Positions 18,256-26,965 of a DNA stretch of 38,269 bases are shown in pieces. The position numbers and the translations under genes were made by a program. Position 1 is the first letter of the stretch. Each line of letters starts with the position of its first letter. The notes under the pieces were generated by a model. It was not told where the DNA came from and did no database searches. It saw only the letters and a program-made list of their open reading frames with translations. This DNA comes from Clostridiales bacterium. Lineage in GTDB: Bacteria; Bacillota; Peptococcia; DRI-13; UBA5745. The DNA lies in NCBI GenBank assembly GCA_009777025.1, contig WRMS01000001.1, positions 1-38,269 of the forward strand, in the 5' to 3' direction.

Positions 18256-18344
18256 AGTACTTGTCTTATCAACTTAAATGTAGGGATTCCTTTAGGTCGT
18301 GTCTGGAATGATTACCATGATATATAGGGAAAGAAGGGCTATCA

Positions 18345-19967
18345 ATGAAAATCTTAATTGGAAGCGCATGGCCGTATGCCAACGGTTCATTGCATATCGG
18401 ACATCTGGCGGGACTTCTCCCCGCCGATGTAATCGCGCGGTATTATCGGGCGAAAGGGGACGAGGTCTATCTCGTATCAGGCAGCGACTGCCATGGTTCT
18501 CCCATCGCGATCCGGGCGAAGCAGGAGAATCAATCGCCACAGGAAATCAGCGACTATTATCACGCGGAGTTCTGCGACTGCTTCGAGAAAATAGGCTTCA
18601 GCTATGACCGGTATGGGAAAACATCATCCGAAGAACACATATCCTTTGTACAGGAGTTCCACAGAACCATGTACGGCGGGAAATACATCTACGAGAAAGA
18701 AGCGCCGCAAGCGTTTTGTGAGCATTGTAACACTATGCTTGCCGACCGTTTTGTTATCGGAACGTGCCCGTCCTGCGGCGAGCGGGCAAGGGGCGATCAA
18801 TGCGACGCCTGCGGAACAGTGCTGGACCCGGAGAATCTGCTGGAGCCAAAGTGTTCTTTATGCGGCGGCCAGCCTATATTCAAACCGACCAAACATCTGT
18901 TTTTGGCCATATCCAAGCTGGAAAAAGAACTGACAGCCTATGTTGACACGCACCCCCATTGGCGCAAAAACGCGATTGCTTTTTCGCGCAGATACATCAA
19001 CGAAGGATTACGCGACAGAGCCGTGACGCGCGATATGGATTGGGGCATAGATGTGCCGAAGGAAGGGTATGCGGACAAGAAAATCTATGTCTGGACGGAA
19101 GCGGTTTTAGGCTATCTGTCCATGAGCAAGAATATCGCTGGCCAGCGAGGCGAGGATTACAGGGATCTTTGGACGGAGGACAGCCGCCATTATTATGTTC
19201 ATGGCAAAGACAATATTCCCTTCCACACCATCATCCTGCCGGCATTGATGCTGGCGAACGGCGGCAAGTGGAAATTACCGGACGATATTATCTCAAGCGA
19301 ATACCTAACGCTGGAAGGGCGTAAAATCTCAACAAGTCAGAATTGGGCAATATGGCTGAAGGACATAGTGGACAGATATCATCCGGATTCCATTCGCTAT
19401 TTCATGATCTCGAATGGGCCGGAGAAGCGCGATACGGATTTTACATGGCGGGAGTTTGTCAACAGTCATAACGGCGAACTCCTGGGCGCCTGGGGCAATT
19501 TTGTAAACCGGACATTGACGTTTATAGGAAAATATCATAGCGCCATAGTTCCGGATGGTGAAATAAATCCAGAAATTAGCAAGAAAATACCGGAACTGTA
19601 TACTATCGTTGGCGCAATGATTGAAAGCGGAAATTTGAAAGAAGCGCTGGATAAGGTGTTCGCGTTTGTTCGTTTTGGCAATAAACATTTTGATACGGAG
19701 CGTCCATGGATAACACGAGACACAGACCCACAGAAATGCGCCGATACCATTTTTACTTGTGTGCAAATGATTGCCAATCTCGCTGTGTTACTGGAACCCT
19801 TCCTCCCCTTTTCATCCGCTAAGGTGCGGGAGTGGCTTGCGGTGGACAACAGTTGGGCAGACAAAACAGTCCCGGCAAAGCTTCCCATAAGAGAGCCGGA
19901 ACTATTATTTGAACGGCTTGACAAAAATGTTGTCGAAGAAGAACGCGAAAGACTGCGGCAGGTCTGA
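18345..19967 (+). CDS. metG: methionyl-tRNA synthetase (short form, no C-terminal tRNA-binding domain)
   Basis: HIGH motif (PYANGSLHIGHL), Zn knuckles (CPSCG...CDACG, CSLCGG) and a KMSKS-type loop (GRKISTSQ). 540 aa. Confidence 0.93.
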   Translation: MKILIGSAWPYANGSLHIGHLAGLLPADVIARYYRAKGDEVYLVSGSDCHGSPIAIRAKQENQSPQEISDYYHAEFCDCFEKIGFSYDRYGKTSSEEHISFVQEFHRTMYGGKYIYEKEAPQAFCEHCNTMLADRFVIGTCPSCGERARGDQCDACGTVLDPENLLEPKCSLCGGQPIFKPTKHLFLAISKLEKELTAYVDTHPHWRKNAIAFSRRYINEGLRDRAVTRDMDWGIDVPKEGYADKKIYVWTEAVLGYLSMSKNIAGQRGEDYRDLWTEDSRHYYVHGKDNIPFHTIILPALMLANGGKWKLPDDIISSEYLTLEGRKISTSQNWAIWLKDIVDRYHPDSIRYFMISNGPEKRDTDFTWREFVNSHNGELLGAWGNFVNRTLTFIGKYHSAIVPDGEINPEISKKIPELYTIVGAMIESGNLKEALDKVFAFVRFGNKHFDTERPWITRDTDPQKCADTIFTCVQMIANLAVLLEPFLPFSSAKVREWLAVDNSWADKTVPAKLPIREPELLFERLDKNVVEEERERLRQV

Positions 19968-20027
19968 AGCGGAATGCCTTTACTTAAACTATTTGCGGTG
20001 TTCTCTTGCGGTGTGCCCTTGCGGGAT

Positions 20028-20375
20028 TCATCGATTCTCTCTCTTATAGTCCTCAACGAGATCGATCACCCGGTTCAGGAAGCTTTTCTCGCCCATTGTA
20101 TTGATCTTAAAGAAAATAGCCTGGCTTCCGCCGGAGGTGATTGCAGACAAGAACAGATCGTCCCCGTTGCCTATCAACGTTATGTTTATGCTGACGCGAT
20201 TGCTGCCGATCATGCTGTATCGCTCGTACACGCGCACAGCGCAGCGGATATCTCCGCTCCTGTAATCGCTCCCATCTTCGAAACTGGCAGACGCGCTGCC
20301 CCTCAGTATCCCATTGTCCAATTTGTGAAGAAACGCATCAAAGTTGCCTATTAGTGTATTCTCATACTTAGCCAT
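20028..20375 (-). CDS. hypothetical 115-aa protein
   Basis: Clean ORF with GGGAG upstream of the ATG. No motif I can assign. Confidence 0.55.
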   Translation of the reverse strand: MAKYENTLIGNFDAFLHKLDNGILRGSASASFEDGSDYRSGDIRCAVRVYERYSMIGSNRVSINITLIGNGDDLFLSAITSGGSQAIFFKINTMGEKSFLNRVIDLVEDYKRENR

Positions 20376-20487
20376 ATTTCACGCTCCCAAAAGTATTCCG
20401 CACTATCCGGGCCCGAATCTTTCGCCTGTTGTACGCGCCAGCGCCCTAGACTAAATCAATATCGCCTGTATCAAACGGGTCTCCGCT

Positions 20488-20508
20488 AAAAAAGCTTTCC
20501 TATTAGGA
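20488..20508. repeat. left copy of the 21-bp direct repeat flanking the DUF3791/DUF3990 cassette
   Basis: aaaaaagctttcctattagga, compared with aaaaaagctttcttattcgga at 21603-21623 (19/21 identical, 12 contiguous). Confidence 0.6.
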
Positions 20509-20543
20509 AAACCAATTTACCTTTCACACATTCGGCAGAGACT

Positions 20544-20774
20544 TTACACCTCAATCTGCGAAAACTTCCCATTGGTTAGCTCGTCGCGTAGCAGCTCAGC
20601 CACATAGGCGGAGCTTTCCCTGTACAAACCCGTTTCCTTGTTACTTAGTTTGGCGAACAACTCCGAGTTGTATAGCAAATCCATCGCCTGCTCAATGGAG
20701 AGATTATCCTCCTCTACCAGATAGGCGATAATGTCCTGTGTTACACCCTCAATCAAAGCTTTTACTTTATCCAT
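20544..20774 (-). CDS. DUF3791-like small helical protein
   Basis: 76 aa (MDKVKALIEGVTQDIIAYLVEE...). ATG 20774 lies 6 nt after GGAGGG and follows the upstream gene's stop closely. Confidence 0.65.
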   Translation of the reverse strand: MDKVKALIEGVTQDIIAYLVEEDNLSIEQAMDLLYNSELFAKLSNKETGLYRESSAYVAELLRDELTNGKFSQIEV

Positions 20775-20776
20775 AA

Positions 20777-21277
20777 TCAACCCTCCACCGGTCGAATGTA
20801 GTTCAGCGCCCTCTCAGTATGAAAAGAATGTTGAGAAGTCAGCGATTTGTAATCCAGACTACGAACCAAAGAATCTATGTCAATAAGGCCGGATGAAAAA
20901 GTCCTGAGCAAATAAGCGATGTCGTCGTTGGCGACAGGCCCGGCAACAATATCATATTTATTATCATGGTTGCAGAGTGCGTTGCGAATGTCTTTGAATC
21001 TTTTGTTCCTGTTGTTCAAGACAAAAAGCGCGCAATCCTTATTTGGTTCGTCAAATATTAGCGTATTAACGTCAACGGAACTAAACGCCGATGCATCAAA
21101 ATCAAAAGCAGATATCCAAGGGGAGCCGCCGTATAGATGCACAACGCGACGTGCCATCTGTGCTGCCTGCTCATGAATATTAGTCACGTAAAAGCCTTGA
21201 CCAAAATCCTTGTACGGGCGGCATTTTGAAAGGTCAATGTCTACAACCTTTGTATTGGAACCGTGGTAGAGGATCAT
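20777..21277 (-). CDS. DUF3990-like protein with ART-like motifs
   Basis: 166 aa starting MILYHGSNTKVV...GQGFYVTN. The ATG overlaps the upstream stop (ATGA). Family recognised from the N-terminal LYHGS/GFYVT pattern. Confidence 0.7.
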   Translation of the reverse strand: MILYHGSNTKVVDIDLSKCRPYKDFGQGFYVTNIHEQAAQMARRVVHLYGGSPWISAFDFDASAFSSVDVNTLIFDEPNKDCALFVLNNRNKRFKDIRNALCNHDNKYDIVAGPVANDDIAYLLRTFSSGLIDIDSLVRSLDYKSLTSQHSFHTERALNYIRPVEG

Positions 21278-21501
21278 TGCAGCACCCCTCCGTTCCGGCG
21301 GCATATCGTTTCCAAATCCTCCATTGTTTCGTCAAGGCTAAGAGTATGCTCTATCTCATAGTGCTGTTTCAAGAATTCTATTCCACCAAACTGAGCCAAA
21401 AAGCGGTACGCCTCCCTTGAATCCATTATATACCGCTCCGCAAAATCATTGATACAGATGACGATATAATTTATCATATTTATTTGCTGTTTCGTAATCA
21501 T
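21274..21501 (-). CDS. DUF3791-like small helical protein
   Basis: 75 aa (MITKQQINMINYIVICINDFAERY...). First gene of the three-gene minus-strand cassette. Confidence 0.65.
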   Translation of the reverse strand: MITKQQINMINYIVICINDFAERYIMDSREAYRFLAQFGGIEFLKQHYEIEHTLSLDETMEDLETICRRNGGVLQ

Positions 21502-21601
21502 CGTAAGCCTGCCTTTATATTTCTGTTCATCTTTTACGTTTCCGATACGTGTTATCCTATGCTAAAAATATCATAAATCGCGTGCGGATTCTACCTCAAC
21601 C

Positions 21602-21623
21602 AAAAAAAGCTTTCTTATTCGGA
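21602..21623. repeat. right copy of the 21-bp direct repeat
   Basis: aaaaaaagctttcttattcgga. See 20488-20508. Confidence 0.6.
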
Positions 21624-21703
21624 GGTAGCAAGATATAATGCGATTGAACGAATCAGCATTGCGTTTTGACAGTCATACTTTAAAAATACGAGGGGGATTA
21701 CTG

Positions 21704-22996
21704 ATGAAGAAACCATTGAAAAGGCTTTTGATCTCTTTGACCGCGGCGGCTCTGATCTTAGTTTTACTTGCGGCGGCGCCGCTGGCTGGCCAGGCAGGTT
21801 CATCCGTTCTGGCGTCTGACAGATCTGTAAGCAGAGATATTGCCACAACCTTGGACAAAGACAAAGATCTTAGCGTGGCGCAGGAAAGGCCGATTCCCGA
21901 TCGCTATGTCACCTATGTAAAACCGTATATCATTCAACATCCCTCGGATGTCACCACCAGTAGCGGTATGGCCACTTTCCGGGTAGAAGCCGGCGGTACC
22001 GGCCCTCTATCCTATCAGTGGCAGGTTCGTGACAGCACCGGCCGTGATGCATGGCGCGCTGTACCGAAAGACACCGGCGTTTATTCCGGCGGAACTACGC
22101 CAATCCTTTCGCTTAGTCGCTTAACCAGCGGATACGACGGCGGCGTCTTTCGCTGCGAAGTAAGCAGTTCCTACGGAACGGTCTACTCCAATGAAGCCGT
22201 ACTCACCATAACGTCCAGAGTGACCACCACTGACAAAATCCCGTCTGCAGAACCTCCACCCATTCCTGAACCTCCGCATGAGCCGGAAGCGACGCCTTTT
22301 GGCATGACCGGCCCCAAGGAGATGGGCGTCTACGAAGGGTATGCGGCATTTTCGACGGATCCTTTTACTATTTACGGAGATCCTCTCCCTACGGTAACGC
22401 TATATAGTGCGGCGAGTTCACAGGGTGGAAAAATCACATGGAACGACGAAACACAGCGACTGGATATCGCCGCCGGCTTGCCGGAAGGCATCTATGCAGT
22501 CGAACTGCTTGTGAGCAGGATCACGGAGACAAACCCGGCGGTAGGGCTCGAACTATTCATGCTTTATGTACATGGTCTTCTCAGCGAACAAAGCCCCGTT
22601 GAAGCAATCGTCCTGGTCTTTACCATCGGTGAGAACCAATACACCATAAACGGCGTCGCGCATGCAATGGACGCTGTGCCGGTACTAATTGATGGAAGGA
22701 CCTTTCTTCCGATCCGCTATATAACCGAACCATTTGGCGCCACGTCTGACTGGACTCCTGACGAAAGGAAAGTAACCATCACCCATGGTGAAAAGATCAT
22801 TGAACTCTGGATCGACAATCCCACCGCTGCCGTAAATGGCGTTCCGATGCCGGTTGATAGTTATACGCCTACTGTAGCGCCGATGATCATCAACGGGCGC
22901 ACCTATTTGCCGATGCGCTTCATCGGTGAAATCATCGGGTGTACGATAGACTGGGATGGCGCGACCATGCAGGCCATATTAACGTATCAGCCTTGA
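21704..22996 (+). CDS. secreted protein with an Ig (I-set-like) domain and C-terminal copper-amine-oxidase-N 'stalk' repeats
   Basis: ATG 21704 follows AGGGGGA. Signal peptide MKKPLKRLLISLTAAALILVLLAAAPLAG. Ig-like segment ...LSYQWQV...GVFRCEVSS...AVLTI. Repeats DGRTFLPIRYITEPFGATSDW and NGRTYLPMRFIGEIIGCTIDW. Confidence 0.8.
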   Translation: MKKPLKRLLISLTAAALILVLLAAAPLAGQAGSSVLASDRSVSRDIATTLDKDKDLSVAQERPIPDRYVTYVKPYIIQHPSDVTTSSGMATFRVEAGGTGPLSYQWQVRDSTGRDAWRAVPKDTGVYSGGTTPILSLSRLTSGYDGGVFRCEVSSSYGTVYSNEAVLTITSRVTTTDKIPSAEPPPIPEPPHEPEATPFGMTGPKEMGVYEGYAAFSTDPFTIYGDPLPTVTLYSAASSQGGKITWNDETQRLDIAAGLPEGIYAVELLVSRITETNPAVGLELFMLYVHGLLSEQSPVEAIVLVFTIGENQYTINGVAHAMDAVPVLIDGRTFLPIRYITEPFGATSDWTPDERKVTITHGEKIIELWIDNPTAAVNGVPMPVDSYTPTVAPMIINGRTYLPMRFIGEIIGCTIDWDGATMQAILTYQP

Positions 22997-23040
22997 ATGC
23001 AAAAGGCCGATAGGTGTGTGATTTTTCAAGGAGGTTGGGA

Positions 23041-23418
23041 ATGGAAATTGTAGTATCCAAAGAAGCGCCGTCCGCCATTGGCCCGTATTCTCAAGCAATC
23101 ATAGAAAACGGGATGGTGTACACATCAGGGCAAATCCCTTTAATACCGGAAACAGGCGAACTCATTAGCGGCGGAATCAAGGAACAAACCGAACAGGTAA
23201 TAAGGAATCTCTCTGCGGTATTGGCTGCGGCAGGCAGCAATCTTGAAAACGTAGTGAAAACCACTTGCTTTTTAACCGATATGGCGGGCTTTGTGGCGTT
23301 TAACGAAGTATACGCAGAGCATTTCGATAAGAAACCAGCGCGGTCCTGCATTGCAGCGCTTGCTTTACCGAGGGGGGCAAAGGTTGAGGTTGAAGCCATC
23401 GCGAAAGTAAATAGGTAA
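23041..23418 (+). CDS. ridA: RidA/YjgF-family reactive-intermediate deaminase
   Basis: MEIVVSKEAPSAIGPYSQAI...YTSGQIPL...VKTTCFL...PARSCIAALALPRGAKVEVEAIA. ATG 23041 follows AAGGAGG. Confidence 0.85.
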   Translation: MEIVVSKEAPSAIGPYSQAIIENGMVYTSGQIPLIPETGELISGGIKEQTEQVIRNLSAVLAAAGSNLENVVKTTCFLTDMAGFVAFNEVYAEHFDKKPARSCIAALALPRGAKVEVEAIAKVNR

Positions 23419-23446
23419 AGCTTGTCCATTTCGGCGCAAGAGTAAA

Positions 23447-24811
23447 TTATAGTGCCGGTTTATCATTTACAACAGTAATGGTACTTCGGATCATTCCCAT
23501 CCAGCAGGCGTAACTGAAAGTGCCCTCATTTTCCGGCGTAAATTCTATGATGTTTTCCCCAAGGGTAAACGTATGCTCAATGCCGTATTCCCTTATGAAT
23601 AATCTATTGTTGCATCCGTTAATGCTTCCTTGGGGTGCGTCGATAACCCACTTAACCGGGAGTCCTGCTTGCACCGTTATTGCCGGGTAGCTTCGTGATG
23701 TCAGCGTACTGTTGACAACTTGAACCTCGTTTTCCATAATTACGGGCTCGCTTTGGATTTCCCCTGTATAACCGGAAATGCTGTCAGCGGGCGATTGTCC
23801 AAAACCGGATAAACCCAAGCCTTGCGAGAACATCGAAAGGCCGAGAACCACAACCAATACCGCGCCTACCGATAGTGCTTTATCCATAAATCTCTTTCCC
23901 ATCCATGAACTGAAGGCCCCAAGGCCAAACATAAGAGGCACGGTCCCAATACTGAACAGGAACATGGATAATGCGCCTGCAAATGGGTTGCCGGTAGAAA
24001 GAGCGTATATCTGCATGGCTTGTAATGGACCGCAGGGCATGAACCCATTAAACAGCCCAACAATCAAAGGGGCTTTGCTTTGGCTTTTTTCCGAGTTAAT
24101 TCTTTGCGCGATGAATTTCGGCATCCTTGGATTCCATTTGCGGAGCCAGGGGAAAAACCCAAGCAAATTGATCCCCATAATGACCATAAACACGCCAGCG
24201 ACAAATTTAAGCGCAGCTTGTATGGTGTTGGTGAAAGTAATCGTTGAACCGAGTGCGCCGACCGTGAAGCCGACCGCCGTATAGGAAAACACTCGCCCGG
24301 CATTATACAGCAAGGGGGGCAGGAATGCAGAAAGCCTGCCTCCTTTTTTATCGCTTCCCTGTGGTAAGCACTGGGATAAGTTGATGCCTCCGCACATAGC
24401 GATACAATGAACAGATGTCGCCAATCCAATGATAAACAACATCCCATATCCCATTGCCTCATTTGCCAATTGACTTGGCACAAGCAAGTTCAGTAATTTA
24501 AAGTGCTCCAGAATAACATAAATCGCCACGATGACAGCAAGAACGCTGATCATGCGGTGCATATTTGGCTTTTCCCTAAAGTCTTCTGACAGGACTTGAT
24601 AGTCCAGCTTTTCAATGAGAGCGGTGATTTTTTCCAGCGATACGATATCGGAATGGTAAGTTACAACGGCAATACCCTCGTTGTAGCTCGCGTTCGCCTT
24701 TTCAACGCCGACAGTTTTACGGAGCCTTCGCTCAATTTTGGTTTCGCAGTTTATGCAGGTCATGCCGCCAACGCGAATCCTTTTTGTTATTAGCCTTTTA
24801 TCCATATTCAT
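23447..24811 (-). CDS. HMA domain - TauE/DsbD_2-like membrane domain - cupredoxin-like domain fusion
   Basis: N-terminal GMTCINCETKIE (HMA CxxC). Membrane core with HCIAMCGGINL. C-terminal cupredoxin-like beta domain (ITVQAGLPVKWVIDA...NGCNN...YACWMGMI). Confidence 0.8.
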   Translation of the reverse strand: MNMDKRLITKRIRVGGMTCINCETKIERRLRKTVGVEKANASYNEGIAVVTYHSDIVSLEKITALIEKLDYQVLSEDFREKPNMHRMISVLAVIVAIYVILEHFKLLNLLVPSQLANEAMGYGMLFIIGLATSVHCIAMCGGINLSQCLPQGSDKKGGRLSAFLPPLLYNAGRVFSYTAVGFTVGALGSTITFTNTIQAALKFVAGVFMVIMGINLLGFFPWLRKWNPRMPKFIAQRINSEKSQSKAPLIVGLFNGFMPCGPLQAMQIYALSTGNPFAGALSMFLFSIGTVPLMFGLGAFSSWMGKRFMDKALSVGAVLVVVLGLSMFSQGLGLSGFGQSPADSISGYTGEIQSEPVIMENEVQVVNSTLTSRSYPAITVQAGLPVKWVIDAPQGSINGCNNRLFIREYGIEHTFTLGENIIEFTPENEGTFSYACWMGMIRSTITVVNDKPAL

Positions 24812-24815
24812 TCAA

Positions 24816-25820
24816 TCAATCCGCTAAGATGCGGGTGATAGCCTCTGCTTCCAATTCATTGATAATCGCGGATGGCTTGAGAGGATCCCTATTTTTATTC
24901 ACTCGCACAAGGATTTTCGGTAAGACTTTCTCTTTATTTTTCATAAGGTTGAGTCGGAGCATACGCTGATTGATATATTTTTCCCTATCATAGGTTTTGC
25001 CTTTGTAGATAAATGTGGCGCCAGCAAAGGATGGATCGCTCACTAAACACGGTTCTAAGCTGTTTTTAGCCATCTTACTACGGTTAAGAATTGAAACGAC
25101 AGCACTGGTGACCCCGCCGATAAAGCCCCATGCCAGCCCATTTATAAGGATTCCAGAGAACAAACCTCTGCTGCTTGAAGGAGCTGGGTTTTCTGATATC
25201 TGTGTGAATACGAGGCGATCGACGACGGCTCTTTGCATATCGGTTTGTTCGGCAGTCATTCTTCCGGTGTAAGCCCAGCATGTGACGCTGATGCCTTGCC
25301 CGTTGACGATTGTATAGTATTGACGGCCGTATATTCTAGTTCCATCTTCGATTCTGTCTACGTCAACGATAAAGAAAACGACAGGTTGCGTATCATACAG
25401 GGAATCAAATCTTGCATGAATGCCCGCTTGTTCATACCCGCTTTCAATTGGCGCGACAGCTTTGTGGATTTCCGAAGAATCATGGTCATGAAGATTCCAA
25501 ATATCGCGTGTTCCTTTATCGGAAACCATGAAAAGTGCCAGTTCATAGCTGAGGTCCTTAGGCATTGCATTGAGATAGATGTAGGAATCGGTAAGATGTT
25601 TTTGAAGAGTAGGTAAGTCAACGCCTGCCTCTTCCAGGAATTGTTCGTCAGATACAGCGTCTCGCGTTATCTGTATCAACTCAGAGGGAACGCTGATTTG
25701 CAAATACAATTCATCAAATGTATAAGTGCTCAGCGTATCATCGGCAAAAGCAAATACGGGGGCCAAGGGAATCAGCATAAAGATACAGATTGAAACAATG
25801 ATGTGGATTTGGCTTTTCAC
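24816..25820 (-). CDS. hypothetical secreted/membrane-anchored protein
   Basis: Signal peptide (MKSQIHIIVSICIFMLIPLAPVFAFA) and one late TM segment. Its stop abuts the ATG of the HMA gene (TGAATG). Confidence 0.6.
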   Translation of the reverse strand: MKSQIHIIVSICIFMLIPLAPVFAFADDTLSTYTFDELYLQISVPSELIQITRDAVSDEQFLEEAGVDLPTLQKHLTDSYIYLNAMPKDLSYELALFMVSDKGTRDIWNLHDHDSSEIHKAVAPIESGYEQAGIHARFDSLYDTQPVVFFIVDVDRIEDGTRIYGRQYYTIVNGQGISVTCWAYTGRMTAEQTDMQRAVVDRLVFTQISENPAPSSSRGLFSGILINGLAWGFIGGVTSAVVSILNRSKMAKNSLEPCLVSDPSFAGATFIYKGKTYDREKYINQRMLRLNLMKNKEKVLPKILVRVNKNRDPLKPSAIINELEAEAITRILAD

Positions 25821-25837
25821 TTAACACCGCCTTTCTT

Positions 25838-26386
25838 CTACTTAAAAAGGATGTTTTCCTTCTGTACTCTTTCCAGCAAAAGCTGAAATCCGGCACAATA
25901 CGAGTCAGCGCGAAAAATCTTCTTTTCTTTGTGGAATAGTGTTAACGATTCCATCCCGTATCCAGCCTGCTTTAGCCGCACACTGCTTAGATCTTTAAAC
26001 TGTAAGGTCTGTTTTTTGTTAAACATTTGGCTGCAAAAGAGCGTATCTTCACTGACTATCAGCTTATCCTGATAAAACGAATAAATAAGAGCTAGTCCTA
26101 TGCTGATAAAACCAATACAGAGAAGACAAGTCACCGCGATGCCGATAAGACCATAATCTTCATAATAACCTGACATTGCGTTTGTTACGAATAATAAAAC
26201 AAATAGTGCGCTGAAAAGAAGAGTACAAGCAATGCCAAGCCATAAGATATATTTTGGTTGTTGTATTTTAAAAGAAGTCTCAGACATGCCTTCTTGCGCT
26301 TTTTTCGATTGATTTTTCATCATCGAAAAGAAAAAGAATATTACGATCGGGATCAACGCATAAGGTAGAAAATCAAAAAGATCCAT
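25838..26386 (-). CDS. hypothetical membrane protein (3 TM plus a soluble C-terminal domain)
   Basis: ATG 26386 lies 6 nt after AAAGGAG. First gene of the AT-rich three-gene minus-strand unit. Confidence 0.6.
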   Translation of the reverse strand: MDLFDFLPYALIPIVIFFFFSMMKNQSKKAQEGMSETSFKIQQPKYILWLGIACTLLFSALFVLLFVTNAMSGYYEDYGLIGIAVTCLLCIGFISIGLALIYSFYQDKLIVSEDTLFCSQMFNKKQTLQFKDLSSVRLKQAGYGMESLTLFHKEKKIFRADSYCAGFQLLLERVQKENILFK

Positions 26387-26835
26387 ACTGTACTCCTTTT
26401 CCCTTTGACTCAATGCATAGTAAGAAGACGCTGTGCAACCATCCTATTTTATCATGTTCAAGTGTTGCGCGGTAGGAGCCAGCTGAATAATACACGACTT
26501 AATTTTTTAATTCAAAGCGCAGTTTTTCGGGGGCTTTCGCCCATGCAGGGGCGACATTCGCCGGTCTGCACCCAACCAAATTGTTTGCTGTATGCGCTTT
26601 TCATTTGTGAGTATATCTTTACGGGACCAGAAGATCGTGGAAAAAAAGTTGCGACCTTAAATGGCCTTATTTTTTAAGATTACAACTGATATGGGCAGCA
26701 TTTCTGTACTACGCCAATTGTCAAAAGACCTGAAGGGGTTGGTTTTATCTATGGATTGTTTCAGGGTGACGGTTTAAGTCTCAGGATACAGTACAGTTTA
26801 ACTACAAAATGTATGAATACTATACCTAAAACCAC

Positions 26836-26883
26836 CAAGTATCCATCCAAGTATCCATGCAAATATCCATACAAGTATACAAA
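26836..26883. repeat. 12-nt tandem repeat, 4 units, upstream of ilvE
   Basis: caagtatccatc, caagtatccatg, caaatatccata and caagtatacaaa. Confidence 0.75.
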
Positions 26884-26965
26884 AATACCCCGTAAAGGGC
26901 TATATTTCCGCATTCTTATGCTGTATGATAGTCGCAAAGTCATATCTACAGGAGGCGTATTGAGA

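Noticed and set aside
26545-26579. Module F similarity between 26545-26579 and 34501-34529, plus scattered shared strings (atgataaaata, gtcgtgtat) upstream of two AT-rich minus-strand operons.
   Set aside because: Only about 70 percent identity over about 30 nt. The other shared strings are promoter-consensus-like and occur in a different order. I mention it as a lead only, not as a feature.
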